From contig CAIXGW010000036.1 in NCBI GenBank assembly GCA_903919145.1, positions 13,314 through 77,313 of the forward strand: a stretch of DNA of 64,000 bases, given 5' to 3'. A model generated the notes under the pieces. It saw only the letters and a list, made by a program, of their open reading frames with translations, searched no databases and had not been told where the DNA came from. The DNA is from an uncultured Myxococcales bacterium. Lineage in GTDB: Bacteria; Myxococcota_A; UBA9042. Below are positions 24,993 through 32,975 of the stretch, piece by piece. Every line of letters begins with the position of its first letter. Within the stretch, counting starts at the first letter, position 1. Both the position numbers and the translations under genes were made by a program.

Positions 24993-25071
24993 CCCTGGCC
25001 GCGGTTTCTTGCTGTGCCCGCCGAGAACTCTCTATGACGCCAGCATCAAGCGGCGGCTTGGAAGGTTTCCG

Positions 25072-26193
25072 ATGAATCGACGCTCTAAAGCCAATCCCAC
25101 CGTTTTGGCCACGCAGCCTGACGCAGCCATGCCAACCTCGCGGGCCACGCTCGTGCGCAACTACGACCCAAAGTATCTCCATGAGATCACGATCCGCACC
25201 AACAACGGCGTGTTTGCCTTTGATCCCAATGATCAAGGGCTCAAGTCGCTGGTTCTGGGCCTGCTGCATGAGGCGGCCAGGACCTACGGCGTTAGCATCA
25301 TTGGCATTCAGTTCATGACCAACCACTACCACGGACTGTTTGGTATTGCCTCGGCGGCCAGGTTCTGCAAGTTTCTCATGTACTTTCATGGATGTGTGGC
25401 CAGCCTTGCTCACGTCAGGCTTGGCACTGGGGGCAAGTTCTGGAGCGAGAACAAGTGGGTCCCAGTCGCCCAGGACGAGGTATCGGTCTCACGGCGGCTC
25501 CGCTACATCCTTGGCCAGGCGGTCAAGGCCGGGTTGGTGGAACACCCCGTCCAGTTCCCGGGCATCTCGAGCACTGACTTCATGATCGACGGCAAGCCGC
25601 TTGTCGGACTCGTGTTCGATAGGACGCGCCGCTACCGCGACAGCCAACTGAAGGCTGGAACCAAGCCCGAGGAGGCCTACACGACCCGGGTCGAAGTGCC
25701 TATCAGTCCGCCGCCTTGCTGGGCGCACCTGAGCCCCGGCGAACTGCAGCAGCGCTACCGACAGATTGCAGACGAGGTTGCGCGGACGCCGCTTCATGTG
25801 CTGCGCGGCACGCGGTTGCTGGCCAGTCCGCAGCCTGAGCCTCCGGACCTGACCCAACGTCAACTGTCAGATAAAGAAGAAGAAATCCTCGAGACGGTCG
25901 ACGACAAGGTGCGGATTCCAGTCCGCGAGACCGAGACCGGCAAACCCCACGAACAGGGCCGCCCGAACGCCAAGAAGCGTGGAGACAAGCGCCGGCGTAT
26001 GCCCTACTTGCTGTCGTCCAATCTTCTGGAAGTGTTGGCGTATGAGGAAAGCTACCTTCAGCTTTGCGAAGCGTACGCCGCGGCAAAGCGGCGATGGCAC
26101 GCGCGCGCAAGTACGGGCCATGATGGGTTGGTGGCCCCCAGGTTCAAGCTGCCGCCGCACACACTGGTAGGGACAATGCCTTTGGTGGACTAG
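25072..26193 (+). CDS. Y1 HUH transposase, IS200/RAYT-like (COG1943-type), with about 225-aa C-terminal extension
   Basis: ATG 25072 with GGAAGG 6 nt upstream; the track ORF starts at TTG 25009. YLHEITIRTNNGVFAF...GVSIIGIQFMTNHYHGLF contains the HUH motif (HYH codons 25324-25332). RLRYILGQAVKAGLVEHPVQFPGIS contains the catalytic-Tyr helix (Tyr codon 25504-25506). 373 aa, whereas the IS200/RAYT proteins I remember are about 150-190 aa. Confidence 0.8.
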   Translation: MNRRSKANPTVLATQPDAAMPTSRATLVRNYDPKYLHEITIRTNNGVFAFDPNDQGLKSLVLGLLHEAARTYGVSIIGIQFMTNHYHGLFGIASAARFCKFLMYFHGCVASLAHVRLGTGGKFWSENKWVPVAQDEVSVSRRLRYILGQAVKAGLVEHPVQFPGISSTDFMIDGKPLVGLVFDRTRRYRDSQLKAGTKPEEAYTTRVEVPISPPPCWAHLSPGELQQRYRQIADEVARTPLHVLRGTRLLASPQPEPPDLTQRQLSDKEEEILETVDDKVRIPVRETETGKPHEQGRPNAKKRGDKRRRMPYLLSSNLLEVLAYEESYLQLCEAYAAAKRRWHARASTGHDGLVAPRFKLPPHTLVGTMPLVD

Positions 26194-26230
26194 GTCCGGC
26201 CAAGCAAGCTGCCGACCAGGAAGGGCGGCG

Positions 26231-26278
26231 CGGAGGAAGTAATGTGATGTCAGGGATTTGACATTGGGTCGGGGGCGG
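26231..26278 (-). repeat. dispersed element, copy D (downstream of the Y1 transposase gene, inverted relative to C)
   Basis: CCGCCCCCGACCCAATGTCAAATCCCTGACATCACATTACTTCCTCCG. C-run instead of G-run. CCTGA at +11..+15 and ATTACT as in E and F. Confidence 0.6.
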
Positions 26279-26393
26279 AGATCTTTGCCGCTCGCCGGGG
26301 CGCCCTTGTGGACGTTGCCGAGGGCGGTGCATACACTGCGCAGACGGTACCGCGCCCGCATTGGTGCGACACGGTCTGCAAAGGGGAGGGGCA

Positions 26394-28415
26394 ATGCCTT
26401 GTGGGGATGTGGAATTGTCCACGGATGTCGCGCGCCGCAGTCTTGCCGTGGCCGCCGCGAAGGCGGGGCGCAGCTCATGGTCCGCGGCCGCCGCGTGGTT
26501 GGGGGCGGCCCTGCTGACGGCATTGGCGGTGGGTGGCTGCGAAGGCGCCGTTGCCGACACAGCCGCGGACGCCGCTTCCGAAAGCGACGAGGAAGCCTCG
26601 GCGGACGGCGAGGCTGGCGATGCAGCAGTAGCGGACGGTGGGCAGGCTGACAGCGGCGACGCGGATGGAGCGACCATCGATGGCGGCGCGGGCGACGCGG
26701 CACCTGCCGATGGCGGCCCTTCTGATGCGCAGGCGGTAAACAAGGGGTGCAAGAGCGATCTGGACTGCAGCAATCTGGTGCTGACGGCTTGTCAGTCAGC
26801 CACCTGCGAGCTGCAGACAGGGCTTTGCCAGGCCCAGAACTTGCCCGATGACGCGACCTGCACTGGGCAAGGCCAGGACGCCTGCAAGCTGGACCCTCGC
26901 TGCAAGGCGGGAAAATGCAAGTACAGTCAGCTGTCTTGTGATGACGGCAACGGCTGCACCACCGATAGTTGCGATTCCTCCAGCGGCTGCAGCAGTACAG
27001 CGGTCACTGCCGCCGGCGGCGTGGTGCCGTGTCTGGACGGCAGCGCCTGCACCGTTGCCGCCAACTGCTCGGCCGGCGTTTGCACCAAGCTCAAGGGCTT
27101 GGACTGCGACGATAAACAGCCTTGCACCACCGATTCCTGCGCCGCCAAGACCGGCTGCACCCACGAGCCGATCACCGACGGTCAGTCCTGTAGTGACGGC
27201 AAGTACTGCACAGAGAAGGATTCCTGCAAGAAGGGCGCTTGTACCGGCGCGGCCGTGGTCTGCCCAGATGACGGCAAGCCCTGTACCGTCGCCGCCTGCG
27301 CCGAGCCCGCCAAGGGGTGCAGCAGCCCGGTGTTGGTGGACCTGCTCTGCGATGACGGCAAGCCTTGCACCACCAAAGACAGCTGCAACGCCAGCGGTGA
27401 CTGCGTCGGCCTAGCCCTGGACTGCGACGATGCCAACCCCTGTACCGACGACGCCTGCGACCCAGCGCAAGGATGCCTGCACAAAGACAACAAACTGCCG
27501 TGCACCGGTGACGCCTGCCTCGCCAGCGGTCAGTGCAGCGGCGGCAAATGCCAGGGCTCCCAGCAGACTTGTACCGACGGCAACCTGTGCACCCAGGACT
27601 CGTGCGACAAGGTTCTTGGCTGTCAGAACAAGCCCTGGCCTTCACCGTGCTGGGATGGCAACGCCTGCACCGCAGAAGACACCTGCATCGCCGGGGTGTG
27701 CAAAGGAGGCGGTCAGCTCAAATGCGAAGACGCCAACCAGTGCACGGTAGATTCATGCGATGCCTCAAAGGGTTGTGGTCACGTCGCCAGCGCTCCAGGC
27801 TCCAGCTGCGACAGCGGCAAGACCTGCTCCGCCGGATTGTGCTTGGCCAACTCCTGTGGCGACGGCTGGTGCTCCAGCGCAGAAAACCCTGCGTCCTGCC
27901 TGCAGGATTGCCCGGAAGACGGCGGAGCTTGCCAGAGCAGCGACTCGACCTGCCTCGCCAGCTGCACTGCCGCCAAGTGCAAGGCCCAAAGTGACGCCTG
28001 CTCCGCCACCGAAGGTTGCAAAAACGTTGGAGTATGCTTGCTTGCCTGTGGGACGGAGCTGAGCTGCCTGGTCAAGTGCTTGACGGATGCCCCCGGCAGC
28101 GCGGCGGAGGTGTTTGGCGCCTATGACCAGTGCATGCAGGCCTTTTGCGTCAAGGACTTCTGGATCGGCAAAAAGTGCAGCGGGGCAGGCAACCAATACG
28201 TCCAGTGCGTGGATGCCTGCGAAGGTGCGATGTGCAAGAGCATGGTCCTTCAGTGCAAACTCAGTGACGGCTGCACGGCGGTCCGCAGCTGCCTCAAGAC
28301 CTGCTCCCAGGCGGATCCGGTGCCGTGCATTATCGACTGCAAGGCCAAGGGCACGCAGGCCGACGGATTGCTCAATGCCGCTCTGGACGATTGTGACAAA
28401 ACCTACTGCCTCTGA
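26394..28415 (+). CDS. secreted/lipoprotein Cys-rich repeat protein (myxobacterial-type disulfide-rich modules)
   Basis: ATG 26394 after AAAGGGGAGGGG. Signal LLTALAVGGC, then an acidic linker. At least 6 modules of the form C-T-x-D-x-C-x(4,5)-G-C: CTTDSCDSSSGC, CTTDSCAAKTGC, CTVAACAEPAKGC, CTDDACDPAQGC, CTQDSCDKVLGC, CTVDSCDASKGC. A different Cys-rich C-terminal domain follows. Confidence 0.8.
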   Translation: MPCGDVELSTDVARRSLAVAAAKAGRSSWSAAAAWLGAALLTALAVGGCEGAVADTAADAASESDEEASADGEAGDAAVADGGQADSGDADGATIDGGAGDAAPADGGPSDAQAVNKGCKSDLDCSNLVLTACQSATCELQTGLCQAQNLPDDATCTGQGQDACKLDPRCKAGKCKYSQLSCDDGNGCTTDSCDSSSGCSSTAVTAAGGVVPCLDGSACTVAANCSAGVCTKLKGLDCDDKQPCTTDSCAAKTGCTHEPITDGQSCSDGKYCTEKDSCKKGACTGAAVVCPDDGKPCTVAACAEPAKGCSSPVLVDLLCDDGKPCTTKDSCNASGDCVGLALDCDDANPCTDDACDPAQGCLHKDNKLPCTGDACLASGQCSGGKCQGSQQTCTDGNLCTQDSCDKVLGCQNKPWPSPCWDGNACTAEDTCIAGVCKGGGQLKCEDANQCTVDSCDASKGCGHVASAPGSSCDSGKTCSAGLCLANSCGDGWCSSAENPASCLQDCPEDGGACQSSDSTCLASCTAAKCKAQSDACSATEGCKNVGVCLLACGTELSCLVKCLTDAPGSAAEVFGAYDQCMQAFCVKDFWIGKKCSGAGNQYVQCVDACEGAMCKSMVLQCKLSDGCTAVRSCLKTCSQADPVPCIIDCKAKGTQADGLLNAALDDCDKTYCL

Positions 28416-28525
28416 CCGCGGTTGCACTGGGCAAAAGGGCCGCGATTGACCACGTCCCGGGCCCGTGCGATACCGCGAGTCCGCCTGCGACCGGCTCAGA
28501 CCGGCTGCCCACAGGGAGAGTTGCT

Positions 28526-29896
28526 GTGAAGAATTTCGTCTTGGATACCAACGTCCTGTTGCACGACAGCGACTGCCTTCGCGGTTTTGCCGACAACGTG
28601 GTCAACATCCCGATCTACGTGATCGAGGAAATGGACACCTTCAAGCGCGACCAGGGTGAACTTGGCCGCAACGCCCGGCGCATCGCCCGCGAACTCGACG
28701 GCTACCGCGAGAGCGGCAACCTGCGCGAGGGCGTGCCGCTGCCCAATGGCGGCATCGTCCGCGTGGTCATGGAGCGCGCCGACCTGCCCAAGGACTTCTC
28801 CATCTCGCACACGATGGACGACGCGATTCTTTCCAGCGCCCTGTTTCTGCACCGCGAAGAGCCTCACCGCAAGGTGGTTTTCGTCACCAAGGACACCAAC
28901 CTGCGCATTCGCTCGGACGCGCTGGGCCTGCACGCGGTGGACTATGACCGCCAGGGTCAAGACGTCAGCGACCTCTACACCGGGACTGCCGAGTTGGTCG
29001 TGCCCGCCGATGCCATTGACCTGCTCTACGCTGAGGGCAGCATCGGCCAGGAAGAGTTGGGCAAGACCTACTCGATCTACCCTAATCAATATCTACAGTT
29101 GACCGCGGAGGGGCTGGCGTCCAAAACTGCCTACGCCCGCATGGTCAACGGCAGGCTGGAGCATCTGCGCGGCGCCAAGCAGCCCGCATGGGGCGTTGGA
29201 CCGCGCAACCGCGAGCAGATGTTTGCGATCGACATGCTGCTGCGCGAAGACATTCAGCTGTGCACCCTGGTCGGAAAAGCCGGCACTGGCAAGACCCTGC
29301 TGGCGCTGGCGGCCGGCCTGCAGGCAGTGACGGAAAAAGAGACCTACCGCAAGCTCTTGGTATCTAGGCCGATCTTTCCATTCGGTCGCGACATCGGCTT
29401 TCTGCCCGGCTCGGTCGAAGAGAAGCTCAACCCGTGGATGCAGCCCATTCACGACAACATTGACTTCCTCATGACCTCGCAGTCGCGCGGCGGTCGCGGC
29501 AGTTCTGGCCGAGATGGTGGCAAAGACGGCGGCAAAGACGGCGGCAAGGACTTGAAAATCTGGACCTTTGAGACCCTTTCTGACCAGGGAATCATTGAGG
29601 TCGAGCCCCTGACCTACATCCGCGGCCGCAGCCTGCCCGGCGTCTACATGATCGTCGACGAGGCTCAGAACCTCACGCCGCTGGAGATCAAGACCGTGCT
29701 GACCCGGGTCGGCGCCGGCACCAAGATCATCCTGACCGGTGACCCCTACCAGATCGACCAGCCTTATCTCGACAGCGTCAACAACGGTCTGACCTACGTG
29801 GTCGAGTGCTTCAAGGACCAGGCGATTGCCGGTCACATCACCTTGACCAAGGGCGAGCGCAGCCCGCTGGCCGAGCTGGCCGCCAACTTGCTCTAG
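28526..29896 (+). CDS. PIN-PhoH2 fusion ATPase (PhoH-like, YlaK-type)
   Basis: N-terminal PIN (MKNFVLDTNVLLHD...IPIYVIEEMD...). Walker A LVGKAGTGKTLLALAAG and PhoH blocks IIVDEAQNLTPLE and KIILTGDPYQIDQ. Contains an unusual GRDGGKDGGKDGGKD insert. Confidence 0.85.
   Translation: MKNFVLDTNVLLHDSDCLRGFADNVVNIPIYVIEEMDTFKRDQGELGRNARRIARELDGYRESGNLREGVPLPNGGIVRVVMERADLPKDFSISHTMDDAILSSALFLHREEPHRKVVFVTKDTNLRIRSDALGLHAVDYDRQGQDVSDLYTGTAELVVPADAIDLLYAEGSIGQEELGKTYSIYPNQYLQLTAEGLASKTAYARMVNGRLEHLRGAKQPAWGVGPRNREQMFAIDMLLREDIQLCTLVGKAGTGKTLLALAAGLQAVTEKETYRKLLVSRPIFPFGRDIGFLPGSVEEKLNPWMQPIHDNIDFLMTSQSRGGRGSSGRDGGKDGGKDGGKDLKIWTFETLSDQGIIEVEPLTYIRGRSLPGVYMIVDEAQNLTPLEIKTVLTRVGAGTKIILTGDPYQIDQPYLDSVNNGLTYVVECFKDQAIAGHITLTKGERSPLAELAANLL
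29516..29551 (+). repeat. in-frame 12-nt tandem repeat x3 inside PhoH2
   Basis: GGTGGCAAAGAC GGCGGCAAAGAC GGCGGCAAGGAC encodes GGKD x3. Confidence 0.8.
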
Positions 29897-29977
29897 CCGG
29901 CGATCAGGCCCCGCTGGCTGTCTGCGCCGCCAGCCCTCCTGGCTCAAGACCAGCCGCCGTGCCGCGGTTGTGGAGTT

Positions 29978-30709
29978 GTGATGAAAGCAAAGTCCATGAG
30001 CGCTGCTGCGCTGCTGCACGTGGCCGGGCCGCTGGCTCTGGTTCTGCTGGCTCCGCAGCCAGGGCAGGCGGCCAAGCCCAGCGCCGCTGGCCATCCGGTG
30101 GCCAAGCTTCTGGCAGAAGCAGAGAGCGCTAATCTTCGTGACATCACCGTCATTGCCGTAGCAGAACCGCTAGAGCGCGAGCATAGCAGTGGCTCCGCTG
30201 CGTTGGTCCGGCTAGATGACGGTCGCGACGGCGGACTGCCCAACTGCTGGCTGGTCGAGCTGGCGGGCCGGTCATCGGCGCCTGGAAAAATCGACGCAAA
30301 AATGCGTCTTTCGGTGTGCCCGGGGGGCTCCACCAAGGGCGCTCAGCTGGTTCGCGCGCCGCTCTCCAAGGCCATGGAAGCCTGGCAGGTGCGCCTGGAG
30401 CAGATCCGCTACGACAGCAAGGGCGGCGGCAGCGAGCAGAGCATCCTGTGGGGCTTGTACGGAAAAACCCAAGGCGATACAGAGGCGCGGGCGCTGTGGG
30501 AGCGGACCTCGACCACCTTCAAGTCGCGCACCGACCCCACCGTCAATCAGTCAGAGGTGTGTCAGGCGCCGCAGCTGGACGCCACCGGCCAAGAGCCCGG
30601 TCCCATCGCCATTCAGTGCGACACCGAAACGACGCTGGGCAAGCTGCCCAAACGCGCCAAGCAGACCTTTCGGTCCGTGTGGTCCGGCAACCGCTACATC
30701 GCCCAGTAG
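29978..30709 (+). CDS. secreted hypothetical protein
   Basis: Signal peptide MKAKSMSAAALLHVAGPLALVLLAPQPGQA, then a mixed-composition 210-aa domain. GGAG upstream of ATG 29981. Confidence 0.55.
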   Translation: MMKAKSMSAAALLHVAGPLALVLLAPQPGQAAKPSAAGHPVAKLLAEAESANLRDITVIAVAEPLEREHSSGSAALVRLDDGRDGGLPNCWLVELAGRSSAPGKIDAKMRLSVCPGGSTKGAQLVRAPLSKAMEAWQVRLEQIRYDSKGGGSEQSILWGLYGKTQGDTEARALWERTSTTFKSRTDPTVNQSEVCQAPQLDATGQEPGPIAIQCDTETTLGKLPKRAKQTFRSVWSGNRYIAQ

Positions 30710-30723
30710 CTGCTGAGTGTGTG

Positions 30724-30775
30724 CACCTGACCCTATGTTATTTTCCTGAGATTACTGTGGAATTGGCCGTATTCC
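30724..30775 (+). repeat. dispersed element, copy E (52-nt direct repeat, first copy)
   Basis: CACCTGACCCTATGTTATTTTCCTGAGATTACTGTGGAATTGGCCGTATTCC. Hairpin GGAAT-N7-ATTCC at 30759-30775. Confidence 0.75.
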
Positions 30776-30912
30776 GACTGCCGGATGTGCAGGGGTGGGC
30801 GCTCCAGCCTGTCGACCTCGCCCAAGGCACGGTCAGATGCCAGCACTTGGCCGCAGCGCCAGCCGCCGTGAGCGACCGGTGCCCCGCGCAACCCACCGGT
30901 CTGGCTCTTGCA

Positions 30913-30964
30913 CACCTGACCCTATGTTATTTTGCCGAGATTACTCAGGAATTGGCCAGGTTCC
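30913..30964 (+). repeat. dispersed element, copy F (52-nt direct repeat, second copy, 189 nt downstream of E)
   Basis: CACCTGACCCTATGTTATTTTGCCGAGATTACTCAGGAATTGGCCAGGTTCC; 45/52 identical to E. The hairpin is kept as GGAAT-N7-GTTCC (G-U possible only on the + strand RNA). Overlaps the stop codon and last 7 codons of the convergent HAD gene. Confidence 0.75.
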
Positions 30965-31639
30965 TGAAGGGCGAGTGCCCAGGGCCAGCCGCGCGAGCCG
31001 GCTGATTCCGTCCAGCACGTAGTCTGCTCCCATGGCGTGGACGGCGCGGCTGTGGTCTTGATCGACCAGGGCACAGCGCACGCCAGCGTTGCGAGCCGTG
31101 TGCAGGTCAATCCAGGAACTGCCGACCATGAGGGCGCGGTCGCGGGCGTCGGCTTGGCCGCTCAGCTGGTGCACAAGGGTTAGAAGGCCTTCTGGGTCGG
31201 GCTTGCGTGGCACGTCGCCATCGCCTGCCAGCAGGTACTGGAAACGCCCGGCGATGCCCATCTGCTGCAGCAGCTTGAGCGATGGGTTGAGGGGTTTGTT
31301 GGTCAGCACGGCCATGTGCACCCCGGCGTCGCTGAGCTCTTGCAGCACTTCGGGCACTCCGTCATAGAGATAGGCCCTGGCTCCCAGGTGTTTTTCGTAC
31401 TCGGTTCGGAACTCGGGCAGGCGCTCGCTGATTTCCAGGTCCGTTGGCACCGGGCCGGTCAGGGCCAGGGCCGATCGCAGAATCACGCGCAGGTTCTCTC
31501 CGGGCCATTGGCGCACCTGCTCGACGGTCAACTTCGGCCGGCCAATAGCCTGCAGTTGATCGTTCAGGGCGTCGGTCAGGTCGTCAAACGTGTCGACGAG
31601 CGTGCCGTTGAGGTCGAGAATCAGGAACGGGTAGCGCAT
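30941..31639 (-). CDS. HAD-superfamily phosphatase (phosphoglycolate phosphatase-like)
   Basis: MRYPFLILDLNGTLVDT (DxD-type motif I as DLNGT), VLTNKP (motif II), GDGDVPRKPDP / MVGSSWIDLHTARNAG (motifs III/IV). The track ORF extends to 31675; I prefer the internal ATG 31639. The last 7 codons plus the stop lie inside repeat copy F. Confidence 0.75.
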   Translation of the reverse strand: MRYPFLILDLNGTLVDTFDDLTDALNDQLQAIGRPKLTVEQVRQWPGENLRVILRSALALTGPVPTDLEISERLPEFRTEYEKHLGARAYLYDGVPEVLQELSDAGVHMAVLTNKPLNPSLKLLQQMGIAGRFQYLLAGDGDVPRKPDPEGLLTLVHQLSGQADARDRALMVGSSWIDLHTARNAGVRCALVDQDHSRAVHAMGADYVLDGISRLARLALGTRPSGTWPIPE

Positions 31640-31776
31640 GCCCGCGTTGCACTCCGCCCCGACCACGGGGCGCATTTCTCAGTTTGGCCGATTGGGCGGC
31701 GATTGCCAAGAATGGGCTGGCGCGATACCGTCACGTCTGCGTCGGTTCAACACAGCCGCAGCCGGGAGCGAGCGCC

Positions 31777-32691
31777 ATGAGGGCCAAGCAGTTGCATAGG
31801 CGGGAAGGGCTTTGGCCGCTGCTGGCATCGACCTTGCTGGCGATCTTGCCGGTGATCGGCACGGTCAGTTCTAGGACTGCCGCTGGGCAGTCGGTCGCTG
31901 GTCCGCCGCCAACGCCGCTAGAAGTCTCTGAAGATGGTCGCAAGATCAGCGTATCGGGCGAGGCGGGACCTCCTGCGACTGCCAAATTGCCGTTGCCGCG
32001 GCTGACCAAGACCGCCGCCGACAAGCCCGCCGCCGCTGCCGTCGCGGTTGCCCCCGCAGAGACTGCCAAGCCGCGCCGTCCGGCGGCTGTGGCTCGCTCA
32101 GGTGTCGAATTTCGCATTGGTTATGCCTGGGCCCCTGAGGGTGTGCTGCGCGCCGTGCAGAGGCTGAGCGAAGTCGGGCAGGGTGTGCGCGATCGCCACC
32201 CAGAACTACAGGGGCTGGCCATCGACGCGGGCTATCGGATGGCGCTTTCCGATCGGTCGTGGGTGATCTGGCGCGGCGGTCTCCTGGCGCCACTGGTGCC
32301 CGACCAGAACTGGTATTCGTCTACCGGATCGCCGGCGCCGCTCTACACCACCGTGGGGGCCGTCGCGATCGATTTGGGCGCGGACTACCTGTATCGCGTG
32401 CCCCTGACCGACTGGCTGGGTTGGACGCTGCGAGCCGGTCTGGGGATGAGCCTGATTCCCGGCTCAGTCGAGCAGACCGAGACCCTGCCCAACTGCACGG
32501 CGGCGCAGGCGGCCAAGTGCCCCCACTGGCAGCAGGTGGGGCGCAAAGAAGTGTGGATTCCGCCAGTGTTGCCGTCGGTACACGCCATGACCGGGCTAGA
32601 GTGGCGGGTCACGCCAGAGCTCGCCATCACCCTGCAAGGCGGTGTGCGCACGCTGCCGTACTGGGGCGGTGGGGTCGCCTATTCTTTCTGA
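31777..32691 (+). CDS. outer-membrane beta-barrel-like protein
   Basis: Start at MRAKQLHRREGLWPLLASTLLAILPVIG (internal to track ORF 31684). Pro/Ala-rich linker, amphipathic beta strands, C-terminal ...GGGVAYSF ending in Phe. Confidence 0.5.
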   Translation: MRAKQLHRREGLWPLLASTLLAILPVIGTVSSRTAAGQSVAGPPPTPLEVSEDGRKISVSGEAGPPATAKLPLPRLTKTAADKPAAAAVAVAPAETAKPRRPAAVARSGVEFRIGYAWAPEGVLRAVQRLSEVGQGVRDRHPELQGLAIDAGYRMALSDRSWVIWRGGLLAPLVPDQNWYSSTGSPAPLYTTVGAVAIDLGADYLYRVPLTDWLGWTLRAGLGMSLIPGSVEQTETLPNCTAAQAAKCPHWQQVGRKEVWIPPVLPSVHAMTGLEWRVTPELAITLQGGVRTLPYWGGGVAYSF

Positions 32692-32975
32692 CCAGCCCGA
32701 CCCCGGCCGGGCCCCAGTTCACTGCTGGCCGGCTTGAGGCATTGCCCCCCCAGGTTGGCGCGGTGGAGTCGGGTCTGCCACAGCCCTGGCCAGCCGGGCG
32801 CCGCTGGCGGCTAGGGGCACCAGTCGTTGCGGCGTGGGTGCCAGGGGATGCCGCAGCGCCGTCCAATTGCGCAAGAGCGTCCGATTTTTGGGCCACACCC
32901 GCAAAAGATTGCCCCAACAGCAGGGCACGACTAGACTCCCTGCGGGCGCCCGCTGAGCGCCTCTAGGGACCCTCC

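Larger units (their letters stand above)
24871..26278 (+). mobile_element. candidate Y1-transposase unit bounded by inverted copies (C and D) of the dispersed ACCC[A/T]ATGT element
   Basis: Left: GGGGGCTGACCCAATGTTAT (24871-24890, + strand). Right, read on the - strand: CCGCCCCCGACCCAATGTCAA (26278-26258). The shared inverted core is C[T/C]GACCCAATGT[T/C]A. A 9+3 bp hairpin (24956-24992) lies between the left copy and the gene start. Confidence 0.5.

Noticed and set aside
24682-25413. 243-aa minus-strand ORF overlapping the transposase 5' end and the element array
   Set aside because: It has no motifs. Part of its sequence (VDLGRVRLIWVRS) is simply the translation of the 20-nt tandem array. 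It is antisense to the HUH-motif gene.
30724-30964. Possibility that the two 52-nt direct repeats are a mini-CRISPR array
   Set aside because: There are only two repeats, the repeat length (52) and spacer (137 nt) are far outside CRISPR norms, there are no cas genes, and the repeat belongs to a family dispersed as single copies.
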